Notes: generated by a model not told the origin, from the letters alone. A stretch of 63,244 bases of DNA, filler included, from Rhabdomonas costata (GCA_019059605.1; 41 parts of 41 records of this genome joined end to end with filler, not necessarily neighbours in it), one strand, 5' to 3'. Shown: positions 1 through 12,739, counted from the first letter of the whole stretch. Translations and numbers: made by a program.

Positions 1-1446
1 TGTGTGTGTGGAGGGTGGGGGGCTGCGAAGCTGAAGATACGCCGTCTGTTTCCTCTTTGCAACAGCGTCGGTGTGCTTGAACACGTGGTTGAGAAACCGC
101 TTGCGTTGCACGCCCTTTTTTTTCTTTTTTTGTGTGAACTTCCTGCCCGTTCCCTCGACTCACTTGCAACCTGGGACTACAATTCCAACAAGGGCACCTC
201 TTTCCCCTGGGTTTGCTGCCCCTCGGGCTGCTTCTGTTGTGTGCGGAACCCATATATGTGCGGGATCCGTTATTTCTCCGACACATGTTGCGATGGAAAG
301 CAGGCAAGGCAGGCAAGGCAGAGAATTTCAGGTAACTCGACTGAATGCTGCCCGGGAAATTTAGGTTTTACCGCTGCCTTCCATCAGACCCGATGACGAG
401 CTTTCGGAGCCAACCCGATGAAAACTGCATGAAAAATTGTAGCCTCCAATCATGCGCGTTCCTGCTTCATTATAGGTAGGAGGTGTGTTATTGTTGAAGT
501 GGTGCAATTGTTTTTTCCAGCTAGGTCGCGACTTCAAGTTGCGTGGGATAGTTATAAAACGAAAGCAGACCTGGATGCTAATTCGGAAAAGTGACCAATG
601 GGTTGAGGAACGCAAAAAACATTATATTCGAAGTTTGGCCCAGAACTGTCCAGTTTGGGCTAACGTCATCCTCTGCCCTGGATGAACCTCTACGTTTGGC
701 GGCGGGGTGGTGGTGGTGCTATTCCCATGGTTTCCCGAAAATGAGAGGAAGATGTTTCGGCAGAGCGTTTTCACCTCTCGCCTCAGAGCAGCAGAGCAGA
801 GCAGGGGGCTTGCAGTGAAGGAATCCCGCTGCGCTTGTTGCAGTAGTTGATTTTGATATAAAGGAGAAGCCACTCCTAACATCACAGGAAAGCAAATGAC
901 GAACTTCCTGGATTTTTGGTGCGTTGGCCGGTCAGCCGCGTTTCTCAAAATTGTTCGAAATTATTTGGTTAGCAGGATGACAGTCTAGCCCTAAGTCTTA
1001 TTAAGCTGAGGATATGCAGGGAGGGAAGGTGCCCATTGCTACGTTTTCGTGCGCTCGCATAACGGCGTGGAGTCCAAGTCAGGCCGTGTATCCACTTTTC
1101 TCGTCGTTGAAAGTAGTATTTGCTTCCTTTGGAACGTTGATGGGCATAAACTGGACGCCAGCAAGTGACGGATGGTCTGCTAGGGGTCTTATAAATCCTT
1201 CCACACGCTATTTCGGCCAGTCCAAGGAAGCCACTCCATCGGCTACGGCACCAATGTTTGCACCGATGCAGTGCAGGTTCTGTTTTCATCTATTATATTT
1301 TCACGTTTCTTTTCGTTGGGGCAATTCCAGCTTGCCCGGGAAGATGGGGGCGAGAGGACGATGCCTTACTGTCTGCCTTTTCTTTATTTGTGGTGGGTTA
1401 CGTTCTGCTCACGCAGCAAGCTTTCTCCCAGCAAAATGGCCCCAAG

Positions 1447-1546
1447 NNNNNNNNNNNNNNNNNNNNNNNNNNNNNNNNNNNNNNNNNNNNTTAATTAATT
1501 AANNNNNNNNNNNNNNNNNNNNNNNNNNNNNNNNNNNNNNNNNNNN
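1447..1546. other. Artificial contig-joining spacer (N44-TTAATTAATTAA-N44); first of 40 copies spaced about 1,545 bp apart
   Basis: The same linker with stop codons in all six frames recurs through the whole window; contigs are near-identical in length, as if size-sorted. Confidence 0.98.
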
Positions 1547-2992
1547 GGTTGTGTGGGGATGCCCTGCACGGACTTGCTGAAGCCCTGCATGACTACATTG
1601 TGTTTGGGTTGGACTGCTACTCGTGGGAGCGGGTCCCACGCTCGAGCCGCCACGGAAAGAAGAGAAGAAGGCCAGGTTTTCCGGCAAAAGAAGCTCCGTG
1701 TGCCTCGAATTCTCCCCCCATCTCTCCCTTGGAGGGTCGTGGCGCTTCCCTGCAGTGCAGCAGCTGAGGTTGTGTCCGGTAGAAACTGCTTGGGTTTGCC
1801 CTGGTGTCGAGGATTGGGTCTGCTGCCGAGGATTCCCTGTGTATTTTTTTAATTTCAAATCAAGTACAGGAAAACTGCTCAAAGTATAGGTGTCCAACGA
1901 TGGGTCGGTGTTTTTGCCAACACATTGCTGAGGCTGCGCAGAGAACACTCTCGAGGCTACTTTATACGGTGGTCACGTAAGCTTTGCCATGTTGAGTATG
2001 TATTAAAGGCCCAAATGTGTACTTGAGGATAATGGGGCTGGGATGTGGATTGCATTCCCCCACAAATCCATAGGTGGCTGAGATGTGCGTGTGCGCGTGG
2101 GTGACAGCTGAAGGTGGAGGTAAGTGGGCGGAAAGGCGGAAAGCGAAGGGATCCTCCAGAAGGGTGTTATCTTGCATCCATACGGGCTTTGAACTCTCCA
2201 TCCCTGGTGAAGTTTTCTGGGGATCGAGTCGGCAGCACAGGCATCGAGCGTGTGCCACAGACGCTTCCCCGCGTGCGCGCTCCCACCGCGGAAGAGTTTC
2301 AGAAGCTATTTCTGGGGCCGGGACGGCCCGTAATTCTTACTGGGGTGACCTGCTCGTGGCCCGCGACCACACGATGGGCACGCTGGGACTATCTCAGGCA
2401 CTCAACACTGTCCTTCCCAGGGCCACCCAACTGTCTCCTCTCAATGTAGCTCCTGCAATGGGGCTTCCGTCTACAGGTGGGTTGGTATTTTCAAAATAAA
2501 AGGTGAAAGGGCGTGGGCCAAAATATTTGGGGAGGTCTGTTGGTGTTTATATAAGGGTTTCGTTGAAGGCAGGGTTTGTCGTAGCCTTCCTTCCTGAATG
2601 GGCTGCATTTTGCTAGCTATGGGCCATACCGAGCCTACCCTTCTGACTGCGTCCATCCATCCAGTCTCCCCTCACTCTGATCCGCACTCATTTCTTAAGT
2701 GGCTCTTCCCCAGTGGTTTTTTTTGGTCTGTCGCGCACCCCCCCCCCTCCTTCCTGTGCAGAGCCCTCGCGGGCCGCCGGAGGGTGCCTGTGGAGGTCGG
2801 GCCCCACTACTTGGCCCCTGGGTTTGAGCTGCGACTGCTACCCTTGGACAGCCTGATCGACCTCTGTGACCGGGATGGCCGTGGCCGAGGCGATCTCGAC
2901 TGTGCGGAAGGGTGCGCCGAGGGTGAGGCACGGCGGATGCACTACATGGTGCATCAGGTCTTCGACCAGGTTCGGGTCCTAGACCGCGACTT
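1547..2992 (+). CDS. JMJD5: JMJD5/KDM8-like JmjC (cupin_8) 2-oxoglutarate oxygenase, partial and spliced
   Basis: Exon ~2241-2397 (RVRAPTAEEFQKLFLGPGRPVILTGVTCSWPATTRWARWDYLR) joins exon 2762-~2992 (ALAGRRRVPVEVGPHY...HQVFDQV) through a GC-AG intron 2398-2761. An upstream piece at ~1549-1675 (AEALHDYIVFGLDCYSWERV) resembles the JMJD5 N-terminal region. Confidence 0.85.
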
Positions 2993-4119
2993 NNNNNNNN
3001 NNNNNNNNNNNNNNNNNNNNNNNNNNNNNNNNNNNNTTAATTAATTAANNNNNNNNNNNNNNNNNNNNNNNNNNNNNNNNNNNNNNNNNNNNGTGGTGGG
3101 TGTGTTTGGGGGTTTGTGGACTCTTCCTCTCGTTTTCCGCTGCAGCACAGAGAGATGACAGCGGGGTGAGTGGTGGTACTGACGGGGAGGTCTTCTTTGG
3201 GAAAGGAAAATTCCTTTTGCCCCTTCACGCCTTCCCTCGGTTCCCCTGCTTGTGCGCCTGCCCTTCCACCCACCCGCTTGGTTTCTCTGTTGCTACTCGG
3301 ACCAACTTTTGCTCGACGCGGCGTGAAATTGAAGTTGGGTTTGTACCATGCCTTTGCGGGATTGAGGAATGCCACCCCACCACTACTACCACCACCACCA
3401 CCACCACCACGCAAAAGCACGCTCACACCTACACAGGGCAGATGCCCGGTGAGTTTTCCTTCTCTCCATTCCATTCTTCTCGGCGGGAATAATTCCACGC
3501 TGGGAAGCAGAATAGTTCTTTGTTGAACGCCAACTGGCCAAGCAGTCACGATTTTGCCCAAGTGGATCTTCCAAAGGGCCGTTAACGACCACTACTATTG
3601 CTGTCACAATCACCTCCAAGTCGCACTTTTTCTTGGTTGTCAATGCACCTCAATCAATTCCTCGTCGTGGGATTGCAGAACAACCTCACCTTCTTTTGGC
3701 GCTTTTGGAGCGGCATCGTCCCCTCCTTCTTTGGCAGTGGCATTTTGCGAGGTGTTGGGCGTGAGTGTAGGTGTGTGTGGCTGTTAGCTGGCATTGTGGG
3801 TACTCGTCTCCCTTTTGCATTCTCGCATCTCTCAGCAGTTATCCCCGTGCGCCCACTTTTCTCCGCAACAGTCAGCTACCCTTCACGAGATTCCGCTGAG
3901 GGAAGGAGGGAAGGGGGGGGCAAAGGATCGAGTGGACAAATGAGATTGTGAATGTGGCTGTGCTGTTTGTGTATTCCTATTTCATTGTTTGCAAATTGCT
4001 TGCTGGTGGGGAGAAATGAGGTCACGTCTGGCCTTCCTATATTCACCACGTTGTAACATGGGTGTATCTCCCCTGTTTCGGACACCCCGCTCCGGTCTCC
4101 CGATTCTTCTTTTAAAAAG

Positions 4120-4502
4120 GTGTGAGGCTCGGGGACATCGACTTTGACCTGTGCCTCTTGAGCACCCTAGCCGAAGGCAATGGTGACACCCTCCGTGTCA
4201 CCTTCCCTGCTCTCCTGCAGTTCCTCTTCCCGTGTGTCTCGGCCACCCGCCTGCAGCGGTACTTGGAGCTCTACGCCATGCCCCCGGCCCAGGGCCACAG
4301 CCCAGCAGACACACTCAGCATGGGTGGGACCACCGCGACCACCCTGACCTCCTCCTGGGAGAGGTACCTCTCTGGCCGCAGGGCAGGCGCACAGGGGTCC
4401 TCAGGGCCCTTGTCCTCATGGCAGACGCCCTCCGACCTCAGCACGTTGGGCACAGCTCAGGTGCCTGCTGTGGGCCACCTTCAAGACCCTGCTAATGCTT
4501 GA
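4120..4502 (+). CDS. Probable terminal exon of an uncharacterised protein (possibly degenerate EF-hand)
   Basis: A pyrimidine tract and AAG acceptor at 4119 precede a GC-rich open frame VRLGDIDFDL...VTFPALLQFLFP...RLQRYLELY that ends in TGA. Confidence 0.5.
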
Positions 4503-6183
4503 CAGTAAGCTCACGTCTTCAAAGACAGGGGCGCCCTNNNNNNNNNNNNNNNNNNNNNNNNNNNNNNNNNNNNNNNNNNNNTTAATTAATTAANNNNNNN
4601 NNNNNNNNNNNNNNNNNNNNNNNNNNNNNNNNNNNNNTGTGGTTGTGAAACCAGTGTCTGTTCCTGCCTTCTTCTGTGGCGAAACAAAAGTTTGTGGCGA
4701 AACAAACAGGATAAATTTGTCCGCATGCCGAGGAGTCGGGTTAAAACTCACTTGTGAGGTGATGAGGACCCTTCCCCCAGGGTCCGCTTTCATGGCTATG
4801 GACACTTTTGCCCGATGATTCACTTTTGCGTAGTTCCATGCGATCACGGAATCCCGTCAGGTACCGTCAGGTCCGTTCCGAAGTTTTTGCCTTCCTCCGT
4901 TTCTGCAGGGTCTGAACCACTTTCTCTGCTGCCAGTGTGGGGCGCGGTGGAAGGGCTCGCAGTACTTTCTGAAGTTCATGCCCAGCCGCCACACATAAGC
5001 TCTCTCTTCCGAAGCGCTGGCTGGTTCCAGTTTCTTTTTCCCTCTCTCCCTGGGAATTTTATGTTTCGCTCTGAAACTCAAGCTTGTGTGTTTATGTGTG
5101 TCCTTTGTGTTCCCCGCTTTCCAGTGTCGCTGTGCTCCAAAGGTAAGGTGACACTCTTCCAGAAGCAGTTCCCACCACTTCATTGTTTTTCATTTTGCAT
5201 CATTGCGTCTCACCTCCCTTCCCACACCTTCGCTTTGTTCAGCAAAAAAAAACTCTTTCTGGGGTTCCTCCCACCAAAAACTGAATTGGCAGCACCTTCT
5301 AACCCGAGGGATGTGGCTTCCCTCCCTCCTCTGTGACGGGATGTGTCGTTGACGATTCTCCCGTCCTCATCAATCCTTCTCAATCTCGCTGCCATGTTTT
5401 CTTTAGCTTCGCTCAGGATTTGGGGAAAGCCTCCCCCCATCATTTTTTCCTCCTTTCCCACCCTTCCTTGCAGATTTGCTCTTAGAGCATCTCCGCTTTC
5501 GCTCCATCCACTCGCATGACTTGAAATGCGATACTGGGTGCCAGTATTGCGAATGTGCGGTTGGCGAATCCGACGTGGCGCGCTGTTTGCTTTGGAGAGG
5601 AACACTGTTCGGTGCCATGAGAAGATTTTTTTGCTTAGAGTTTAGACAGCCGTTGCGGGGAAATGATATTGGGAGAGATGCCCGTATACTAATGGTCGTA
5701 TAATTCCAATATAGTAGTGTCATTATAAAGTACGTAACACCGTAGGCTGCACCACAACACATGGCTGGGTTTAAAATCCTATCCTGACGCACCCTTCTCC
5801 ACAAACATCCGGTAACCGATATCATAATTCACTTTAAAGATCAAGCACGGAATCACCGGGGGAAAAAATCCCGCCTTCGGCGCAGTAGCCTCTTCATGAA
5901 CTGCTCTTCAGGTCCTCCACCAATGAAACGTTCCGACTTCATTACTTAACATAGCCCCAGACAACGGCATTGATATGGGCTAAAAAGACTTCGATGTCGA
6001 TCTGCTTCCCCCCCCGCGGCCTCCCCTTGAGCCGGCATCTCGCCCTTTCCTCTCGCCTCCCTCTCTGCAACAAACCAACACAANNNNNNNNNNNNNNNNN
6101 NNNNNNNNNNNNNNNNNNNNNNNNNNNTTAATTAATTAANNNNNNNNNNNNNNNNNNNNNNNNNNNNNNNNNNNNNNNNNNNN

Positions 6184-7009
6184 GTGGTTGTGTGTGCCCG
6201 CTAATCTTCCAACATTGGAATCATTACGAGACATTAAAGCTGTTATTCTTCCAAACAATTACAATTTAATAGATAATTTTAAACAATTACCTTTGCAATT
6301 CAAGAATCCGTTTGATCAAGGAACACTTGGGTCGTGTACATCTAACGCTATTTGCTTTTCATATATTATTGCTGAATATAGATTAAACAAACTTAAATTT
6401 TTTCCTTCTCGATTGTATATATACTACAATGGTCGGTTAATGTCAAACACGGTACAGATCGATTCTGGTCTTGATATTTACACAGCTTGTGTCGATATTA
6501 AACGTTATGGTGTGTGTGATGAAGCAATATGGCCTTACAATATAAATAAATATAAAATTAAGCCTCCTATTGCATGTTATAATCAAGGAAAACAGAGATT
6601 GTGTTCAGGATTTGTTTCTGTAAATCAAAATATCAATTCAATAAAAAGTGCATTATATAACAATTATCCAATTGTTTTTGGTATGGCAGTTTATAGTTCT
6701 TTTGAAGGCGATGAAATCGCAAAAACTGGTATTATGACAATCCCAGATACAACAAAAGAACAGCTCTTGGGGTACCACTGTATTTGTGCAGTTGCATATG
6801 ATGACGCATCACATTATATAACTGTGCGAAATAGTTGGGGTGTCTCTTGGGGAAAAAATGGCTATTTCAATATGCCATATTCATATATTTTGGACAACAA
6901 TTTTACATTTGATTTCTACATTATAACAAATATTACAAATCCATCCACAACTGTTGTACGAAGTATAACAAGTAAAGTTTTAACAAAAAATAAAAATACT
7001 AAACAATAA
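6184..7009 (+). CDS. Papain-family (C1A, xylellain-like) cysteine peptidase, 5'-partial, intronless, AT-rich
   Basis: DQGTLGSCTSNA (catalytic Cys), PSRLYIYYN, GVCDEAIWPY, GYHCICAVAYDD (His), RNSWGVSWGKNGYF (Asn); TAA stop at 7007-7009. Confidence 0.95.
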
Positions 7010-7016
7010 TTTTTCT

Positions 7017-7072
7017 TAAAATTACAGTTCGTTAAGAACAATAATCTTCTAAAATTACAGTTCGTTAAGAAC
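7017..7072. repeat. Direct repeat TAAAATTACAGTTCGTTAAGAAC x2 (33-bp period) in the AT-rich intergenic region
   Basis: Exact 23-nt copies at 7017-7039 and 7050-7072; short TTCTTAA/TTAAGAA stem at 7013-7038. Confidence 0.9.
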
Positions 7073-7188
7073 TATAATTTTATAAAAATAAGTTTATATA
7101 TGTATTATTTAATTTGTGTATAAATATAATATTTTTTAAATTAAAGATCCATACATTGGAACAATTAAAATATAAAATAATATATATT

Positions 7189-7629
7189 ATGATACGTTCA
7201 TTAGGAGCAAGGAGATCGACACCAAAAGCTACTGATAAACATGCACAATTTTATTATAAACAAACAATAAAAGATGCATCATTTCCTGAATCATATAGTT
7301 TATTAGATCAAGTTGAAATACCTGCCGAACAATATCCTTACAATCAAGGAACGATAAATTCTTGTGTATCCAATGCAACTGCATTCGCAATTGTATATTT
7401 GCAATTATTGAATCAAAATACAAGTTTATTTATGCCATCAAGACTGTTCTTATACTTTAATGCAAGACGAGAAGAAGGTGCAGTTGATACAGATGGAGGC
7501 ACTTACGTCGGTACACCGTTAAAAATGTTATCTCGTATGGGTGTCTGTGAAGAACGTATTTGGACTTATTATGCTCCTCGTGTTTGTGCTATTCCATATA
7601 TTGAAGCATATTACAAACACAAAACACCC
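7189..7629 (+). CDS. Second papain-family (C1A) cysteine peptidase, 3'-partial, tandem paralogue
   Basis: ATG at 7189 after a TATATATT tract; FPESYSL, YNQGTINSCVSNA, FMPSRLFLYFNAR, DGGTY, GVCEERIWTY. Confidence 0.92.
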
Positions 7630-7729
7630 NNNNNNNNNNNNNNNNNNNNNNNNNNNNNNNNNNNNNNNNNNNNTTAATTAATTAANNNNNNNNNNNNNNN
7701 NNNNNNNNNNNNNNNNNNNNNNNNNNNNN

Positions 7730-9175
7730 GATTCTTCCAGCCAAAGCCTCACTCCGATGCAAGACCACGATGCAATGTCCCCAGCCGGCTACTGGAATTC
7801 GCGAGACACTGGATTCAGCAAAGCCTCCTAGCAAGCGCTTCAAGGCGGTGGTCCCTAACAGCGCAGGTTCACAAAGGCAGACCACACAGAACTTCCGCTG
7901 CCGCGTAGAGGTTGAGACTCAGTGGGAGGAGTGGAGGCAGGGACTGATTTTCTTGCGCCAACAGTTGTAGCAGTTGGGCGGAGAAGACGTTCCGCACTTC
8001 ACACCCATAAAGTGCTGGTGAAGGACGGCCGTATGCAACCGAAACGGGAACGTACAACCACGCAAGCCTGCAGCCGGAGATGACCGCTTTGGGGAGGCGC
8101 GATTTCACGTGCGCAATCGTCGCTACGACTTCGGGACCTAACTCAATCCCCACCATACAAAACTTCCCTCGTGTCGTCAGCTTCAGTGGACCAGTTTCAA
8201 GCTGGAGGATGACGTGGCGGCCGCCAGGCAGGTCGAAGCACCAGATCTATGTCTTCCCGATGTGCAGCTGGAGTGGTGGTAGGAGTTGTCAAGCACCTTC
8301 ACATCCTGCAGCGTGATGGCGATGATGCAAACATCGTCCGCAAAGCCACTCGAGGCGATGTAATCACGGTCTAGCTCAACTCCGAGCTGCTGGGAGGCAG
8401 CCCAACGATGGAAAAGCTCAAAGAGGACGTTCATCAGGTCGGTGCTGGCAGGACAGCCTTGCGCGAGTCCGCTAGCCATACTCCAATTGAAGCCATCTAG
8501 TTGGACGTAACGGAAGTGCTGCTGCAACCCCGCGTAGAAGTTGTGAATGGCCCGGATCACCACCGCCTGAATGCCAGCCTTTTTCATCACTCTGAAGAGC
8601 GCTCACCAGGGGATCAACCGAAAGCACTTCGCGACATCGAACTTCACTAGCAACAGCGGTTGACCGCGGCGTCGCTGAAGCTCAATGAAGTCGGAGAGGA
8701 GATGACCGACATGCAGCGTGCTGGTCTGGGCGCGGAACCCCATGGATGCGTGGCCCATGTAAGTGCCTTGAAGATTGGTGGCCAAGATCTTCGTGATGCC
8801 ATTCGCCCAAAACCTATAGACCACGTCCAACACTTTGATGGGATGCTGGTCTTCGACCACCTAATGCCTTGGGAATCACAGCAAAATAGGCCTTCAGCAA
8901 CTCCTCTGGCCAAATTCCCTCGGACAGCACCAGGTTCAACAGGTCCACCACGCGTTGCAGTAAGCTATCTGGCAATAAACTTCCAGACGGAGATGGAGAT
9001 GGCCCGGACGCCAGGAGATGAGCGGTATTGCATGGCACCGAGCACCCCGTGGACTCGCTCCAAAGTCCACTGGTCATGATGCCAGTCGCAGTGTGGAATG
9101 TAGGGGAAGAAGCAGGAAGTGCGAAACGTTTCCCAGCGAGCTTGGCCATGGACTGTGCATGCATACACCAAAAAC
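7730..9175 (-). mobile_element. Decayed non-LTR (LINE-type) retrotransposon reverse transcriptase
   Basis: RT motifs AVIPK, HPIKVLDVVYRFW, MGFR, KFDVAKCF, SGLAQGCPAS, GFADD in order; broken by a frameshift near 8860 and an in-frame TGA at 8603-8605. Confidence 0.9.
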
Positions 9176-10821
9176 NNNNNNNNNNNNNNNNNNNNNNNNN
9201 NNNNNNNNNNNNNNNNNNNTTAATTAATTAANNNNNNNNNNNNNNNNNNNNNNNNNNNNNNNNNNNNNNNNNNNNGTGTTGTTTTGGCCGCCTCCCCTTT
9301 TTTTGGTGTGTCCTTGGTCAGTTGGTCTCCGTGGCTCGGCTGAAGGAGTACGTCAAAGCCCATGAAAAATGGGTGCAGGGGGGGTGGGGAAGCAGTTGCG
9401 AGTTGCCAGTTCAGCGAGCTCCTTCAATTTTTACCTGCCCACTGCCTCTTTCTCACCCGCTGTTGTAGACGTGCCTTCCTCTCTTTCTCCATCTGCCTCT
9501 TCCCCGATGTTCATTTCACTGTCCGCCACCACCACTCGTATTGAGCGCCTATTCAGACCTTGAGAACCCCCCCCCCTGGCGCTTTGGCTCAGGCGTTGAT
9601 TGGCGGGTTTGGCCTCCGGGCGCACTGGTCAGACGTGTCATTGCATTGTGTCTGGTTGCCCCCAGTGCCAGTATGTTTTTTCGAGGCTTCTCAGGAAGGA
9701 CGGAAGAACACACCGTGGTGCTTGATTTGCGTATGGGTTTATACCTTCATGCCACAGGACAGGCATCAAGCCGTGCCCCTGATGCGAGCGCCCGAACAAC
9801 ACGGAACAATATCACAGGGAAGCCCTACAGGACCAATGCGGAGAATGCCAGAGCCGAGAGACCGGAAAGTGCAGAAAAAGGAAAACCTCAGAACTTCAGG
9901 TGGCGCCGATTTGGGCCACGGCTATCGTCGGCGGCGTAGATCTGATCACTCAGAATGAGACCTATTGCAGGAGTGGATCACGGAAGGAAGTCTTCGAAGC
10001 GCAGAATGCAGAGGATAGAGAGAGTCAAAAACAAACGGTGCAGACCCCACCCTGGAAGGGCAGGAGGAAGGTTGCGTTTGAAAACGCTGGTGAAATTTAC
10101 TGAGAAGATTTAAGGGAGCTATAAGGGATCAACAGGGTTGAGGATAGCGCTAATTCCAATCTTTGAACTCCCGTGAAGGGCACACACTGCCCTCCTGCCG
10201 AGGCTAATCGCAAGGGAAAAGGGCCCAGGCATTGGAGCGAAGACTTACGTATGGAAATAAGTTGTTCTCCAGCGCGCTGTTTATTTGTATGCGTACTGGG
10301 GAGATGTTGCTATGTATATCCCTCAGCGCTGGGCGAGTGCAGATTTGGGTGAGCGCGGTTCAAGTTTTGCAGTGAAGTTTCCTGAGGATACCATTTTTTT
10401 CCCGATACCAGTATTGGAATCAGGTCCCCAGAACGCGCGACATGGTGAAAAGGTGTTTGGAAGCTGTGCCTCAAGATGCAGGTGCACGACGCAGGAAGGA
10501 ACACTGCTGGTCAAGCCGGAAGGCATCTCTCTTGCAGTTTCCTTTTCCAGTTCTCCCTGTTTTTCCCTCGTTGCTCTCTTTTTTTTCTCGACCGTTTCCT
10601 CGTCCACGCATCCGCCGACGGGGAAAGGGTTCTCGTTGTTTTCTTTTGCTGTGCCCCCAACTTATCCTGACTCCCGACACTGCTGTGCAGCCTTCACTCA
10701 CTCCCTCATTGACAACACACGNNNNNNNNNNNNNNNNNNNNNNNNNNNNNNNNNNNNNNNNNNNNTTAATTAATTAANNNNNNNNNNNNNNNNNNNNNNN
10801 NNNNNNNNNNNNNNNNNNNNN

Positions 10822-12267
10822 CGCTCCCATTGAGCTCCACCGCTGCAGGGAAACAACAACAGGCAGCTGGCGAGGGCAGAGATGGCGGGCTTGCGGCGCA
10901 GGCCATGGGCTCTGCAGCGCCAGGGGCGTCCGGGTCCCGGATAGCGAGAAGGGCGCGCAGCACGAGCTCGTAGAACAGGGCCGGGGCGCAGGTGAGGGTG
11001 GGGAAGTGCTGGCGGCGCAGGTCACACAGGGAAACGGCGCGCACGGAGGCGGGTGTCAGCACCCGAAGGATCAGCTGTGATGAGCCAAGCAACGAACCGA
11101 GGGGAGTGAGTGAGAGGAGGGGGCCGTGGTATGTGGGAATTCTTGGGTTTTGCCTCTCATATTTTTTTTGGTATGGGAATAAAGAGAGGGAGTGGTAATG
11201 AGATACATACAACAGCCTGTGTAGGCATTTCCAGTCCAACATGTGATACCTCTGCAAGGATTTCATCTTGGCCTTTACAGCTCTTGTTGCACAGCTTTGG
11301 CGAGCACTGGGCGAGGACCCACGCCTGCATCACCTGACCCATTAAATGGAGCAGCTTTATCACACCGAAAGACCAGGAGAAGGTCATATTGCCGGAATGC
11401 TTCCACAAGAAGCTACCTTCAGGCCCTGCAAGGGCCAAAAAGGATCAGCTCAGGAACAGCACGCAGAAAAATAGAACCTGCCTCGAATAGAAAAGAGATA
11501 TGCCCAGGGATGTACACGGATGTACACAGCGGAAGCGGTAGTTTCAGGATCATCCAGGACGGAGTGTGACAACCCACCTGAAAAAGCACGCTCTTCGCGC
11601 TGTACACGACATCCAGGGAATCGCCAATCGAAGGGTGCAACAGCTTCTGCAAAAAGGGGAAAAAGGACCAAACCGAGGCAAACGGAATACATGAGCTTAG
11701 GCAGAAAAAAAAGCTTTGCTTCTGAGGGCGTGGGACAAAAGCGTATTAGAAAATATTGCCAGTGTCCTATGCACGCCATATTTCCAAAACCTGGACGAGC
11801 AATTGGACGAGCCGGGGTCTGTGTGTGCTGAATCACCTCGGGCTGGCACCCCGTTAGTGAGGGCACGCCCTGTGCTGCTGTTGTTTTTCTGAAAAAAAAT
11901 ATTGATAGTATTTGAAGCACGATTGCAGGTGACGCCCCCGTTCAACAGCAACTGACACAGTGCATTCAAGGCATTCATTATGAGGCCCAGACACTCAAAC
12001 CCCTTCCGCCGGAGAACGCACCAAGAAGCGGGTACTGGCCAGTGCTGCGACAATGGCCTGCACATGCAAGGGCTGCAGGGCGGGCACCACGGTCATCCGG
12101 TTCAGCAAGGGCAGGGTCTGGCTTGGCTCGGGGAACGCATCCCTGCCCTGGGGCGCAGTGCACCTCCGCAGGACTTGCTTCAGCACAAGCTGCTGGAAGA
12201 ACCGGCACACGACGTGCAGGCTGACCCCGCGGCAGGCGAAGGCAGGGAGGCGAGCCCGGGGGCTGGC
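10822..12267 (-). CDS. Uncharacterised multi-exon protein, partial
   Basis: GC-rich exon-like frames at 12267-12022 (CRFFQQLVLKQVL...; GT donor) and from 11074 down (CAG acceptor; LILRVLTPASVRAVSL...); no recognisable domain. Confidence 0.45.
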
Positions 12268-12409
12268 NNNNNNNNNNNNNNNNNNNNNNNNNNNNNNNNN
12301 NNNNNNNNNNNTTAATTAATTAANNNNNNNNNNNNNNNNNNNNNNNNNNNNNNNNNNNNNNNNNNNNGTTCATCTTCTCAATGTCCTCCTTCTTGTCCTT
12401 AATTTCAGC

Positions 12410-12583
12410 GCCAACAAAATGATGAAATCTCGGGAAACGGAACCCGATTCGGCCTTCCAGATTCTTCAGCAGCCACGGGCCGATTTACACCTATACTGTC
12501 AGGATGAAATGGGCCCGTGGCTGCTGAAGAATCTGGAAGGGCGAATCGGGTTCCGTTTCCCGAGATTTCATCATTTTGTTGGC
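12410..12583. repeat. Long inverted repeat (77-bp arms, 2 mismatches, 20-nt loop)
   Basis: 12410-12486 is the reverse complement of 12507-12583. Confidence 0.95.
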
Positions 12584-12739
12584 AGTGGTTGCTTTGAGGC
12601 AACGAAGAAAACTGTTCATTTGATGAGCATCTTATCCAGAATTTTGACGGGTTTTTTGGGCATGAGAAACGCTCCAACGATGGGGCCCTCTTTGGACACC
12701 GCGATGCTGCAGCACAACGAAAAAGCCAAGCCAATGCAC

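Noticed and set aside
1000-1290. Minus-strand frame CIGANIGAVADG... resembling the FkbM DIGANIG motif
   Set aside because: It lacks the Asp, has two in-frame stops and shows no further motifs.
8603-8605. In-frame TGA in the RT as evidence of a variant genetic code or selenocysteine
   Set aside because: The same element also has frameshifts, and the conserved host exons contain no in-frame stops.
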